The notes below the pieces were generated by a model. That model was given only the letters and a program-made list of their open reading frames with translations. It did no database searches and had not been told where the DNA came from. A program made the translations under genes and the position numbers. A stretch of 64,000 nt of DNA from Ignavibacteria bacterium (lineage in GTDB: Bacteria > Bacteroidota > Ignavibacteria > SZUA-365), in assembly GCA_016720835.1 (NCBI GenBank), contig JADKJW010000002.1, forward strand, positions 199,036 through 263,035. The letters run 5' to 3'. This document shows, piece after piece, positions 47,822 to 57,754 of the stretch (the first letter of the stretch is position 1; each line of letters starts with the position of its first letter).

Positions 47822-48029
47822 GGGATTTCCTCAGCGCCTTTCCTGACACGACGGGATCCGCGGTATCGTGCAGCCTGTCCAGTGCAATCTGCAGCTCCGC
47901 GCGATCATCGAGATACGCTTCGATCGCCTTCTGTATGATGAACGAACGTGAGCGCTCGGTATCCCGCGCAATGCTTTCCAGCTGTTCCGCGAGATGCTTC
48001 GGGAGTCGTATGGAAATCGCCGTCGTCAT
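47811..48029 (-). CDS. ribbon-helix-helix (CopG-like) antitoxin (72 aa)
   Basis: ATG at 48029 (MTTAISIRLPKHLAEQLESIARDTERSRSFIIQKAIEAYL...). N-terminal RHH beta-strand plus helix pattern. Sits upstream of ParE. Confidence 0.6.
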   Translation of the reverse strand: MTTAISIRLPKHLAEQLESIARDTERSRSFIIQKAIEAYLDDRAELQIALDRLHDTADPVVSGKALRKSLGL

Positions 48030-48039
48030 CTGACACCTG

Positions 48040-48059
48040 TTGTCTTTGTTGTAAGACAA
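48040..48059 (-). promoter_or_regulatory. palindromic candidate operator of the RHH-ParE module
   Basis: TTGTCTT-tgttgt-AAGACAA (7-bp perfect inverted arms), 11-30 bp upstream of the antitoxin ATG. Confidence 0.4.
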
Positions 48060-48084
48060 GGTAATCAGATGAAATACAAGACGC

Positions 48085-48114
48085 AAAAAACGCGGCGATC
48101 GCTCGCCGCGTTTT
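48085..48114 (-). terminator. Rho-independent terminator downstream of the aminopeptidase C gene
   Basis: Minus strand: AACGCGGCGA-gcga-TCGCCGCGTT followed by TTTTTTGCG. It is 13 nt past the stop at 48127. Confidence 0.7.
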
Positions 48115-48126
48115 CATACCTCCGAC

Positions 48127-49527
48127 TCAGCGCTCGAACGCGAACATGGGATCCCAGGGCGGGAGCACTTCGGGCGTCTGCGTGAACATGTCGAGGATGT
48201 CCTTCGAGAGATGCTTCCTGTTGATGATGACGGCGTACATGTACTCGTCGAACCAGCTGTCGTACATCGTGAAGAGGCCGTTGTTGCCCGCCTTCGTCCC
48301 CCAGGAATTCTCGACCAGCCACTTCTCGGGCTTGCCGTTGATCACGTCCACCCCGACGAACACCATGGCGTGCGACGGCACGCTCTCCTGGTACAGCACG
48401 CGGTCCTTCTTGCTGAGCTTCATGCTGACGCCGTACAGCGACTCGTAATCGTACAGCCCGCGCTTCATGAGGCCGAGCTTCGAGTCCGACTCCTTGCCGA
48501 CGTCGCAGCCGAACCACACCGGCTCGTCGCCGAGCACGGAGGCGAGCGTCAGTTTCTTCATCGTCTCGATCGGCACGTTCGCGAAGGTCATGTTCGGCGC
48601 GTCGACGAGGTTGCGGTCGTAGCGGATCTGGTAGAGTGTGTTGAACGCGTGCGTCGGAACGCTGTACAGGCACACGTAGTCCTCGAGACGGACGTTCACG
48701 AACTTCCTGTAGAATTCCTTCGGCGTGTACGTCGCCGGCTCCGTCACCTTCCCGTCCTTGTCTTCGTAGCGCCAGGTGAACGACTCGGGCGGCATGCCGA
48801 GGTGGATGACGAGCATGCGGTACACTTCCTTGAGCATCGAGGACTTCGCGGCGCGGATCTCGGCCTCGCTCATGCCCTGCGCGCCCATGCCGCGCAGCGC
48901 GATGGCGTGGCGGTGCAGCACCGTGCTGATCATGCCGTTCATCAGGCCCGTGTTGCCGCTGCTCTCGGTTTCGGGCATCACGTCCGACGGGACGACGCCG
49001 TACTTGTCGACGAGGGAGAGGACCATGTTCCACTGCCCGCCGTCGGGGAGCGAATTCTTGATCAGCCAGTCCACATCGCGGTCGTCCAGCGGCCTGGCGC
49101 GCGTCTGGATGATGGATTCGAGGAAGAGGTTCGCCTTCTCGATCTTGTCGTAGAAGGCGAGGTAGTTCTGCGAGAATTCGAATCCCTTCTTGTTCAGCGA
49201 CGAGCCTGCGACCGGACGCAGGATGTTGAGACCGGCGAAGAGCCAGCAGCGGCCGCTGGATTTCTGGTCGGTGATGCCCTCGGTCTTGATCTTGTGCGAG
49301 AAGTGCTGATTCGCGTCGAGCACGGTCTCGCGGTCGAGCACGAGCGCCTTCGCACTGTTCGCGGAGACCGCGTTCATGATCGTCTTCGTCGCGGCGTCCT
49401 TCGTGACCGTGCCGCGGAGTTCCTGCAGCAGCTCGGGAGTGAGGGCGCCCTGCGCGCGTGACGCGGCGGGAGTCAACAGGACGGAAAAGAGGCAGCACAA
49501 CAGCAGAAGTGATGCGATACGGCGCAT
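48127..49527 (-). CDS. pepC: secreted C1-family aminopeptidase C / bleomycin hydrolase-like (466 aa)
   Basis: ATG at 49527 (MRRIASLLLLCCLFSVLLTPAASRAQG signal). Catalytic Cys motif QKSSGRCWLFAGLN; His region HAMVFVGVD..KWLVENSWG. The plus-strand ORF 48211..49461 is antisense junk. Confidence 0.8.
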   Translation of the reverse strand: MRRIASLLLLCCLFSVLLTPAASRAQGALTPELLQELRGTVTKDAATKTIMNAVSANSAKALVLDRETVLDANQHFSHKIKTEGITDQKSSGRCWLFAGLNILRPVAGSSLNKKGFEFSQNYLAFYDKIEKANLFLESIIQTRARPLDDRDVDWLIKNSLPDGGQWNMVLSLVDKYGVVPSDVMPETESSGNTGLMNGMISTVLHRHAIALRGMGAQGMSEAEIRAAKSSMLKEVYRMLVIHLGMPPESFTWRYEDKDGKVTEPATYTPKEFYRKFVNVRLEDYVCLYSVPTHAFNTLYQIRYDRNLVDAPNMTFANVPIETMKKLTLASVLGDEPVWFGCDVGKESDSKLGLMKRGLYDYESLYGVSMKLSKKDRVLYQESVPSHAMVFVGVDVINGKPEKWLVENSWGTKAGNNGLFTMYDSWFDEYMYAVIINRKHLSKDILDMFTQTPEVLPPWDPMFAFER

Positions 49528-49853
49528 GGGGCGGTCTCCGATGGTGGAATGTCGGGAATTCAGCATCAATGAATGTAGGAAGTATTGACGGAAAAGCCGA
49601 ACGCCACGTTCACTCGCCGATGATTTCATTCAACCCGTCAACGCGGAGAATTTCGAAACCCTCCATGAGGTTGGGAGGTATGTCGCTTCCCTCTCAAACC
49701 GGCGGTCTTGACAACTTTCGAAGAAATACGGATATTCGTTATCCATTTATCAACCCATGGCACCTCTCATAGAGCCGACAGGATGAGAGACCGATGTTTC
49801 GATCTCCATCCGGCGAGGGGTGGGAGGGCCTGTCTATCCGAAAGAGGATCTCC

Positions 49854-50765
49854 ATGAATAGAGCATTTCATCGTCTTCCCTTCCTCGCGTCTGCACTGGC
49901 GTTTCTCGCCCTCCTGAATCCGTGCGGCGTTTCCCAAACGCACGAGCTCAAGCAGGAACTCACGGGCGCAAGCACCTGGTTCGGGGGCGACAACCGCCCC
50001 AACAGCAGGCGCACCGTCGGCGTCGGACAGCTCGTGCTCATGGATACGAGCATGACCGTCAACAGCTTCTCCTTCCGCTTCGAGAGTCCCTTCGATTTCA
50101 TCATGAATCCAACCGGGGGCGGACATGAGGTGACGCTCCGCATGCACGTGCGCAATCGCGCCGGAGTGATCATGAAAACGGCGGACGTCACGGTGCCGGC
50201 GTCGTTCACCTCCGGGTGGGTGACGTGGGATGGCCTGGGAATCCCCGTGACGCAGGGTGTCAAGCTCTTCTTCACGGCGTACCTCGTCGGCGGCTTCGAT
50301 GTGAACATGTACTACACCGGGTTCACCGCATCCGCGTCCAACCCGTACTCCGAAGGCACCCTGATGCTCAAGGACGGCCAGAGCGACGCGGACCTGGATG
50401 CGTGGACGGACTGGGTTCCGAACTCCGCATGGGACGCCGCGTTCCGCCTGACCGGGACACTCCTCAGCACAGGGACGGACGACGTCCAGCTTCGGGAAAC
50501 ACCCGCGCTTCGCCTCGCGCAGAACCATCCGAATCCGGTCCGCTCTTCCACGGCGTTCGACGTCACCGTGTCGCAACGATCCGCGGTCGCGCTCGAAGTG
50601 TACGATGCGGCGGGCAGGAGCGTTCGCACCATCTTCGAGGGCCAGATCGATGCGGGCACGCACCGGATACAGTGGACGGACGCCTCGCTGCCAAACGGCG
50701 TGTACACGGTCCTGCTGCGATCCGGACGAAACTCGACCACGAGAATGCTCACCGTGCTGCGATAA
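49854..50765 (+). CDS. hypothetical secreted protein with T9SS C-terminal domain (303 aa)
   Basis: ATG at 49854 with AGAGGA RBS. Signal MNRAFHRLPFLASALAFLALL. The C-terminus LRLAQNHPNPVRSSTAFDVTVSQ...TTRMLTVLR is a T9SS CTD. Confidence 0.6.
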   Translation: MNRAFHRLPFLASALAFLALLNPCGVSQTHELKQELTGASTWFGGDNRPNSRRTVGVGQLVLMDTSMTVNSFSFRFESPFDFIMNPTGGGHEVTLRMHVRNRAGVIMKTADVTVPASFTSGWVTWDGLGIPVTQGVKLFFTAYLVGGFDVNMYYTGFTASASNPYSEGTLMLKDGQSDADLDAWTDWVPNSAWDAAFRLTGTLLSTGTDDVQLRETPALRLAQNHPNPVRSSTAFDVTVSQRSAVALEVYDAAGRSVRTIFEGQIDAGTHRIQWTDASLPNGVYTVLLRSGRNSTTRMLTVLR

Positions 50766-50822
50766 CCGTCAACGATACCGGACCGTGCCGCGGAACGTCG
50801 AAGACGCGGACGGCGCGCGGTG

Positions 50823-51509
50823 TCAGCCCGCAGCGGACGCGAGACGATCGAGGCGTTTCGAAATCGCGAGGAGCGACGCGCGATGTGTTTGCGTGATGCG
50901 GCGCAGACTGATGTCCCGTGCGAGCGCCGCGAACAGGCGCGCGGACCCGGCGAGGTGTTCTTCGCTGTGTCCGTGGTGAAAGCGCGCGTTCCGGGGAATG
51001 ACGCTCTGTCGCGTGGATGGCGGGAGCAGCACCCTGCGCACGCGCTCGCGTTCGCGCGGAGTCAGGATGCAGTGCAGCGGAGACTCGCGGAGCACGCTCC
51101 CGAAGGCTTCGAAGAGGGCGCGGTCCAACAGCTCGGCATGGTCGAAAATTCCGGCTCTCCCGATCGCCCCGTCAAGCGGCCAGACTTCCATCTCGGCAAT
51201 GTCGCCGGGTTCGAAGGCGCGCAGCCCCGCGAACATCGTCGCCGGCTCAGCCAGATGGCGTTCGATGCAGAGGCGGAACGGTTGCGTGTTCTGGCTGAGG
51301 AACAGCGGACGGCCGTCGGCCGCGTACACGGCGTAGACGCAGTGCTTCACCTGTCCGAGACTCCGGCCGTCAATGCCGGTGAGATCGAGGAAATGTGATA
51401 CGCCGAGCCTCACCAACGCGAGCTCGTCGTGCCCCGGATGGTTCTTCACCACCGCCCTTGGAGCGGAGGTAAACACCCGTTTCATTTTTTCATCTCGTGC
51501 CATGTGCAT
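50823..51509 (-). CDS. hypothetical protein (~228 aa), weak GIY-YIG-like N-terminal motif
   Basis: Protein-like composition. VYAVYAADGRPLFLSQNTQPFRLCIERH loosely resembles GVYxFxDxxGxxLYVGKAxNLRxR. Start among M at 51509/51503/51485. Family uncertain. Confidence 0.3.
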   Translation of the reverse strand: MHMARDEKMKRVFTSAPRAVVKNHPGHDELALVRLGVSHFLDLTGIDGRSLGQVKHCVYAVYAADGRPLFLSQNTQPFRLCIERHLAEPATMFAGLRAFEPGDIAEMEVWPLDGAIGRAGIFDHAELLDRALFEAFGSVLRESPLHCILTPRERERVRRVLLPPSTRQSVIPRNARFHHGHSEEHLAGSARLFAALARDISLRRITQTHRASLLAISKRLDRLASAAG

Positions 51510-51674
51510 TCTGAGGTATTCAACGGGCATGAAGGAACGCGGAAGGCGACGGAGCGGCCGCGCCTGCGACAGCACCAGTTCTTCCGCTCACGATTTCAAG
51601 CGCAGAAAATCAGGACAATATCCTGAAAATCCAAATGCGGCCCGCCCGCTCACCCTTCCCCGGGCCGCCGCCTG

Positions 51675-52740
51675 TCATCTGCCCCCTGTCACCATGACGG
51701 CTTTCGTCAACACTTCCCCGCCGCGGAGCGGCTGGATGCGAACGAAATACAGCCCGCCGGGCAAGTTGGAGCAGGCGATGTCCGCGAAACGGCCGGCATA
51801 TTCCGCGGAGGACACGATCGTGCCGATGGACGATACCAGCTGCACCCGCGACGCGGAGGGCAGCTGCACGAGGATGGTGCTCCTGGCCGGATTGGGCGAG
51901 AGCGTGAATTGACGATCCTCCGACGCTTCCTGAGCGACAGCAGTCGTGTTCGTCAATCCGAAGAACTCGACGATCTCGCTCGACGTGGGATACATGCCGT
52001 TGCTCCAGGAGTGCCCCATGCCGGTGATGCGGATCAGCGACACCTCAACGGGAGGCGGACAGAACACGAGCTTGTCCGCGTCGTTCGGGCGGCGCTGTAC
52101 GTCGGGCGGTCCGGCACAGGATACTCCTCGTAGTCCTTCGGGGTCCTTGTCGGGTACTCGCGTGCCGTCGGCCGTGCTGCGTGCATCACGGGAATTTCCT
52201 TAGTTGGTATCGATCCGTGGGGGTTGTTGTCGGCCTGTTCGCCGCCACGGGGCGATCGGGATCTCGTCCGCGGCCAGCATCACGGGCGTGACATGAAGCC
52301 GCCGTTCGGGGGGCGTGCGTGTGGCGTTGAGCCGAAGTTCGTGGGTACGCGTGATGTCGCGTGTGAACAATCGTCCGGGCGTCGTCGCGTGCCCGGGCTT
52401 GTCGTCGATGCACGTTCCACTGCAGTCCTATTTTCACGGCCTGCGGATACACGACGATGAAATTGTTCGCGTCCGCGAGGACGTTGAACCCGGTGACGGA
52501 CTTCATCCCCTGCGCCGTGCCGCCCGTGCCGTGATAGCAGAGAAGCACCGGCAGCATTGCCGGAGGCGTTGCCGATGGAAGATGGACATCGAAGCTGCGC
52601 CGTTGCTGCTGTGGGATGGTCGGTCCTGCTGTGCCTGCGCCAATCCGCAGAGAGGAGGTGGAATCTGTGCGCGTATCCTTTCGGTGTGAGAAGCTGGGGT
52701 GAGGGTGCGTGGGGGCGCCGCGGAACTTCCGATTTCGCAA
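51675..52740 (-). pseudogene. PHB-depolymerase-family esterase (alpha/beta hydrolase) with T9SS CTD, broken by at least 3 frameshifts; no intact signal peptide found
   Basis: The esterase core is split over three frames. (1) ..TIPQQQRRSFDVHLPSATPPAMLPVLLCYHGTGGTAQGMKSVTGFNVLADANNFIVVYPQAVKIGLQWNVHRRQARARDD then junk (~52380). (2) ..KDYEEYPVPDRPTYSA.. (~52150). (3) ..DADKLVFCPPPVEVSLIRITGMGHSWSNGMYPTSSEIVEFFGL + T9SS CTD (FTLSPNPARSTILVQL...VLTKAVMVTG) in the 51675..52067 frame. Shifts fall in G/C homopolymer runs. Confidence 0.5.
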
Positions 52741-52772
52741 AACGGAATGGCGCCCGCAGAGGGCGCCATTCC
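52731..52772 (-). terminator. Rho-independent terminator after gene 52796..53161
   Basis: GGAATGGCGCCC-tctgc-GGGCGCCATTCC (12-bp perfect stem) followed on the minus strand by GTTTTGCG. It is 24 nt past the stop. Confidence 0.7.
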
Positions 52773-52795
52773 GTCCAACAGTGTGGAAGTGCCTG

Positions 52796-53161
52796 TTACT
52801 TCGTGTGTTTCTTTCCTTCGCCCTTACCGCCGTCGACCAGATCCACCTTGTGCTCCTTGCAGGTGTCCTGCTCCACGTACCACCAGTCGCCGTTCTCGGC
52901 GATGCCGATGATGTACGTTTCGCACGCTTCGCCCTCGAAGGCCTGGACTTCAATCGTCTCACCCGGGGTCATCGGATCGTCGTGGATGAGATTGTGCTCC
53001 CAATCCGCCTCCCCGTTCTTCAGGTCGCTGAGCGACATGAACAGCCCGACCAGCGTGGCCTTGGTGTTGTTGTGGATGGCGACCTTGTCCTGCGCGCGGG
53101 CACAGGTGGCGCCGATGAACAAGGCGAGCGCGATGGCGGCGAGTGTATGGGAATGCTTCAT
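52796..53161 (-). CDS. small secreted hypothetical protein (121 aa)
   Basis: ATG at 53161 (MKHSHTLAAIALALFIGATCARAQD signal). Acidic, Trp-rich mature part and a K/G-rich C-terminal tail. Confidence 0.5.
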   Translation of the reverse strand: MKHSHTLAAIALALFIGATCARAQDKVAIHNNTKATLVGLFMSLSDLKNGEADWEHNLIHDDPMTPGETIEVQAFEGEACETYIIGIAENGDWWYVEQDTCKEHKVDLVDGGKGEGKKHTK

Positions 53162-53458
53162 GGAATCTCCTGTTGAATGATGGGTGGAAGTGAATGGCGC
53201 ATGAGCGCGCCGATGGAGCGAGTGCTCGGCGACCTTCCGCAATGTTCTTGCGGAACGCATCGTCCGATGCGTGAAATACACGGGCCAAAAGATGATGATT
53301 TTGCTGGGAGGCAGAGCTGACAAGAGTAGAACCACGAAATCGCCGATCCGGTTCCGTCATCTCCCGTGGGGCATCTTCATGGATTGAATGTTGCTCTGCA
53401 AAGGAGTACCTTTTCATGCTCTTTCGCTTCCAGGGAATTACTCGAAGAGGTATCGGTC

Positions 53459-55924
53459 ATGGCAAACACTCGCGTGTGGCACATGCAGTCATTCATCCTG
53501 TGCATCCTTGGCTGCATGTTCTGCGTGGTCGGGCGCTCGAACGCACAGCAGGCTGCGGGAAGTTTCGGGGCGTACAACGCGACGCTCGCTCGCGCTGCCG
53601 CGGGCGCGCAGGCAGGCGTACCCCTGGAACCGAACATCCCGCGCGGAGATGCATCATCTGCCGACCTCGCGTCCATTCCGGAAGACACGTGCTGGTACGA
53701 CGGGTTCTCCGGTTTCGAATATTCGCTCCGCAGCATCGCGGTTTCCGGCTCGGTCCTGTACGCCGTCAGCGGGCTCGTCGCCGGGAAATGGGATGGAAGA
53801 AAGTGGACACGGCTCGGGACAGGGGGACCCATCTCGACCGTCGCCGTTTTTGGCGGGGATGTGTACATCGGCGGAAATTTCACCAACATCGCAGATGTCC
53901 CCGCCGCGCGCGTCGCGCGCTGGGACGGAAACGCGTGGAAGGCGGTGGGCGGCGGCTTCAACAACGAGGTTTGCGCGTTGCTCGTGCACGATGGCGCACT
54001 CTATGCCGGCGGGCGCTTCACCACCGCGGGTGGCTCTCCCGCGAGGCATCTTGCGCGATGGAATGGCTCGGCGTGGTCCGAGGTGGCAGGTGGCATCGAC
54101 AGCACCGTGCTCGCGCTCTGCGAATACAGGAACGGTATCGTTGCCGGAGGGGACTTCCGCAAGGCAGGCGCCGTGAGCGCCCGGCGTATCGCGCGTCTTG
54201 AGGGCGGACAATGGTACGCCTTCGAGGAGGGAACGGACGGACCCGTGAATGCATTGACCGCGCGCGGCGACGATCTGTACGCAGGCGGAGAATTTCTTAC
54301 CGCGGGAATAACCGCCGCCAACAACATTGCGAAATGGAACGGAAGCGCCTGGTCGGCGCTCGGCGCCGGCACGAACAAGGCCGTCCTCTCCCTCCTCGCG
54401 GTCGATACCATGATCTACGTCGGAGGAAAATTCGATTCACCCAACCGGCACCTCGCACGATGGGGCGGCAGTGCGTGGATCGGACAGGCCGCTTTCGGCG
54501 GTGTCAACGGCGACGTGACCGCGCTCGGCGTGCTCGGGACCGATCTGTTCGTCGGGGGCGGTTTCTACCAGTCGTACACATGGGATGGCGACCCCGCCCT
54601 GACGTGCGGAGGGTGCATTGTCTGGAATCTCGCGAGGCGGTATTGGTCGGCGCCGATGCTGGGGTATCGTAACCCGGTGTCCAGTCTCATCGCCGCCGAC
54701 GACAGCCTGTACATCTGCAGCAACGAGTACGTCATGCGCTGGACGGCGGGCACGTATCGAAAGTTCGGTCTCGCTGTCTACCCTGTCTGGTTCTGGACGT
54801 CGGTGCGATACAAAAACGCCTTGATCGCCGCCGGGCAGTTTGTCTCACCGTGGAACTGGACGCTGCAGGTAAAAAACGTCATGCAATTGCAGGCAGATAC
54901 CTGGACCGCGCTTGGAGCCGGTCTGTCCATGTCAGACGAGACAAAGTCCCGCGTCTGGGCACTCGACGTCATCGATACGGTCCTCTACGCCGGAGGCAAC
55001 TTCGACAGGTCCGGTCAAGGCAACTACATCAAGATGGTTGCTGCGTGGAACGGCGTCACGTGGACGAAGCTGGGGAGCGGCATGGACGCCGAGGTGTACG
55101 CGCTCGCGAACGACGGAAAAAACCTGTACGCCGGCGGCGCTTTCCGCACCGCGGGAGGAATACAAGCCAACCGCGTGGCCCGCTGGGATGGTGTGGCGTG
55201 GTCCGCGCTCGGCAGCGGGATGAATGCGAACGTCGACGTGCTCGCATGGATGGACGGATACCTGTACGCGGGAGGCACGTTCACCCTCGCGGGCGGCGCG
55301 GATGTGTTCTACATCGCGAGATGGGATGGCACGCGCTGGGCGGCCTTCGGAGACCCCCTCGACGGGAACGTGACCACGATGGCTGTCGTGGACCGCGAAC
55401 TCGTCGTCAGCGGCACCTTCATGCACGCCGGGAACCTCACGGTGAATCGAATCGCGGGCTGGAATGGGACTCGCTGGAGGACCTATGGATCGGGACTGGA
55501 CGCTCCCGCCACGGCCATCGCCGCCGCGCGCAACGGAGCCATGTTCCTCGGCGGGGAATTCTCCCTCGCGGGAGGGAAAAGCTCCTGGCATCTCGCGCGA
55601 TGGTCGCCCTCGGGCTCATTCACAGCAGTGCCCGTTTCTGCGCCGTTGCTGTTCAGACTCGAGCAGAGCTATCCCAATCCAGTCAGGCCGTCGTCCGAGC
55701 AGTCCTCCGCCATCATTTCGTACAGCGTCGATGCTCCCACGCACGTGTCGTTGCGCGTCTACGACCCACTCGGGCGGCAGATTTCCACGCTCGTCGACCA
55801 GAGAATGGAGCCGGGCGATCACCGTTGCGAGTTCCGCGCGGATGCGCTGCCATCCGGAGTGTATTACTACCGCTTGGAAGGGTTCGGGAAATCGATCGTG
55901 AAAAAGCTGCTCGTGCAGCGCTGA
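53459..55924 (+). CDS. large beta-propeller repeat protein (~13 x ~50-aa repeats) with T9SS C-terminal domain (821 aa)
   Basis: ATG at 53459 with GAAGAGG RBS (MANTRVWHMQSFILCILGCMFCVVGRSNAQ). Repeats of the type ..LYAGGxFTxAGGxxAxxIARWDGxxWSALGSGxNxxVxAL... The CTD is LEQSYPNPVRPSSEQ...KSIVKKLLVQR. Confidence 0.6.
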   Translation: MANTRVWHMQSFILCILGCMFCVVGRSNAQQAAGSFGAYNATLARAAAGAQAGVPLEPNIPRGDASSADLASIPEDTCWYDGFSGFEYSLRSIAVSGSVLYAVSGLVAGKWDGRKWTRLGTGGPISTVAVFGGDVYIGGNFTNIADVPAARVARWDGNAWKAVGGGFNNEVCALLVHDGALYAGGRFTTAGGSPARHLARWNGSAWSEVAGGIDSTVLALCEYRNGIVAGGDFRKAGAVSARRIARLEGGQWYAFEEGTDGPVNALTARGDDLYAGGEFLTAGITAANNIAKWNGSAWSALGAGTNKAVLSLLAVDTMIYVGGKFDSPNRHLARWGGSAWIGQAAFGGVNGDVTALGVLGTDLFVGGGFYQSYTWDGDPALTCGGCIVWNLARRYWSAPMLGYRNPVSSLIAADDSLYICSNEYVMRWTAGTYRKFGLAVYPVWFWTSVRYKNALIAAGQFVSPWNWTLQVKNVMQLQADTWTALGAGLSMSDETKSRVWALDVIDTVLYAGGNFDRSGQGNYIKMVAAWNGVTWTKLGSGMDAEVYALANDGKNLYAGGAFRTAGGIQANRVARWDGVAWSALGSGMNANVDVLAWMDGYLYAGGTFTLAGGADVFYIARWDGTRWAAFGDPLDGNVTTMAVVDRELVVSGTFMHAGNLTVNRIAGWNGTRWRTYGSGLDAPATAIAAARNGAMFLGGEFSLAGGKSSWHLARWSPSGSFTAVPVSAPLLFRLEQSYPNPVRPSSEQSSAIISYSVDAPTHVSLRVYDPLGRQISTLVDQRMEPGDHRCEFRADALPSGVYYYRLEGFGKSIVKKLLVQR

Positions 55925-56005
55925 CGGTCCCCTCGAAAGGCTGGCCAGGGACGCTGCGAAAGATGTGCTCCGGCCGGATCATGGATCGCGTTCGACCCCG
56001 CGGTA

Positions 56006-56428
56006 TTACTTCGTTGATGTCGCTATGAACGCGAGCAATTCACGCGGATCGAGCGCGGGTATGGTCGCCTTGGTGAATCCCGTGCGATCACGCGTGGCAA
56101 TGGCATCTGCGGAGATCGCGCGTGCAGCTTCATGAAGCACCGCGTCTTCATGATCCGAAAACTCGGCATCGAGCGCCGCAAGCAGAATGTGCTTGTTCAC
56201 CGGCGCGATGTCGAAGATCCCGAGCAGATTCCGCACCTGTTCGCGGGCTTTCCGAACACCGACGGTCTTCGCCGCGATGGAGTAAATGGTTGTTGCCGTG
56301 GTGGAACAGATGGCTCCACGAATGTGGCCTGAATCCGCCAGTGAAAACAACCGGGCCGCAGGCAGGACGTGAGGTTCGCGTTCGAGAAGTACATCCAGAA
56401 CCACATTCGTGTCGAACAGGACAGTCAC
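56006..56428 (-). CDS. vapC: PIN-domain toxin (VapC-like, 140 aa)
   Basis: MTVLFDTNVVLDVLLEREPH...DAEFSDHEDAVLHEAARAISADAIATRDRTGF has PIN acidic residues in the typical positions. It has a 4-nt overlap with the upstream antitoxin. Confidence 0.65.
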   Translation of the reverse strand: MTVLFDTNVVLDVLLEREPHVLPAARLFSLADSGHIRGAICSTTATTIYSIAAKTVGVRKAREQVRNLLGIFDIAPVNKHILLAALDAEFSDHEDAVLHEAARAISADAIATRDRTGFTKATIPALDPRELLAFIATSTK

Positions 56429-56631
56429 CTGTTTCTCTCCTCGAGATGTCTTCTGTAGTCAGCCTCGTTCGCTGCGGCTCCCTTGAGCGAGCCGATCATG
56501 TCCTGTACGCGTGGTGTGATGTCGGTCCCTGCGTTCATTTCCGCCGACTCGATGAGCGTGAAATAGTCGGCGACGAGCTGCGAAACAGACTTGCCGAGGC
56601 GATCGGCACGACGCTTCGCACGTTTGAACAT
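56425..56631 (-). CDS. VapB-type antitoxin (68 aa)
   Basis: MFKRAKRRADRLGKSVSQLVADYFTLIE.. is a small basic N-terminal DNA-binding-like domain, encoded immediately 5' of the PIN gene. Confidence 0.5.
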   Translation of the reverse strand: MFKRAKRRADRLGKSVSQLVADYFTLIESAEMNAGTDITPRVQDMIGSLKGAAANEADYRRHLEERNR

Positions 56632-57626
56632 CAGCGCAGCTTTTCCTCGAACAGCGCCCTCTCGATAGCCTGGTAGAAGGTGTTGCGTACGCCCGCTTCG
56701 ATGGAAGGGACGTCCCTCGCGTAGAATCCTCCTATCGTGCCGCCGTCCTCGTACGCGTAGTGCACGGTGAAATTATGCAGCTTCGTCACCTTGTTGAGGT
56801 AGTCGTACTTGATGCCGAAACTGAAGGTCGTGTTTTTTTTCCCGTCCTTCAGAACGCTCATCAGCCCGTCCTTTTCCCCGTTCTGCTCGGCGGGCATCTT
56901 GTCGACGACGGAGCTCCAGGCGAGCGTCGGATTCGTGGATTTTTCCACTTCGACGGTGGCGACGGCGAGCGGTTCGGTGTCGACGTATTCCAGGGGAATC
57001 ATCCACCGCAGTTCGGACTTGTCGTAGTACTTCAGTTCCGGCGCCTCGCGCGTGTAGCCCGCGACGTGCAGGATGTAGATCTTCCACCCCGGCCGCGCCT
57101 TCTTCATCCACGAGATGAGCGAGGTCATGTCCGCCATTTCCTCCATCATCGAGAATCGGCTCGAGACCCAGTCGGCCGCGGGGGCGAAGCGGGTTTCGCT
57201 GGTGGCGATCTCCTTCCACTTCGGGAGGTCGCCCATGCCGGAAGGCCACGCGGTGAAGAGCTGACTGCCGGCCTCGTCGTGCGAGACGTAGAAGCGCGTG
57301 CGGAGGTATTCCGACTTCAACGTCGACACCTTTTTGCCCGTCGATTTCTTCAATGCGCCGAGGTGCTGGGCGTAGGTCTTCCCTCCCTTGACCAGATACC
57401 GGACATGCATATCCTGATTCTCGCCCGCGGTGATGAGGAATGTTCCACCCTGATAGCGGAAGAGGCCGGCTTCGAATTGCGCGAGCGCGGGCGCCTTCTC
57501 CTGCGCCACCGCGGCCGCCCCCCATCCGAAGGCCTTGATATACCCCTGGTCAAGGTCCTGTGAACACAACGGCGCTGCAATACAGAGCGCCATGACGGCT
57601 GCCATGAAAACGGTCGTTCGCGACAT
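56631..57626 (-). CDS. hypothetical secreted protein (331 aa)
   Basis: ATG at 57626 (MSRTTVFMAAVMALCIAAPLCSQD signal). Protein-like composition. No family recognised. Confidence 0.5.
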   Translation of the reverse strand: MSRTTVFMAAVMALCIAAPLCSQDLDQGYIKAFGWGAAAVAQEKAPALAQFEAGLFRYQGGTFLITAGENQDMHVRYLVKGGKTYAQHLGALKKSTGKKVSTLKSEYLRTRFYVSHDEAGSQLFTAWPSGMGDLPKWKEIATSETRFAPAADWVSSRFSMMEEMADMTSLISWMKKARPGWKIYILHVAGYTREAPELKYYDKSELRWMIPLEYVDTEPLAVATVEVEKSTNPTLAWSSVVDKMPAEQNGEKDGLMSVLKDGKKNTTFSFGIKYDYLNKVTKLHNFTVHYAYEDGGTIGGFYARDVPSIEAGVRNTFYQAIERALFEEKLR

Positions 57627-57754
57627 GTGCGGTCTCCCGTGACTGTGGGGGTGCAAGAGATAAAGGATTCGGAAATTACGCAAAGAAACAGGAGAGAATC
57701 AACACACCATACACCATCGAGCCATCGGGACAGATGCTTCCGGGTGATGCGGGC

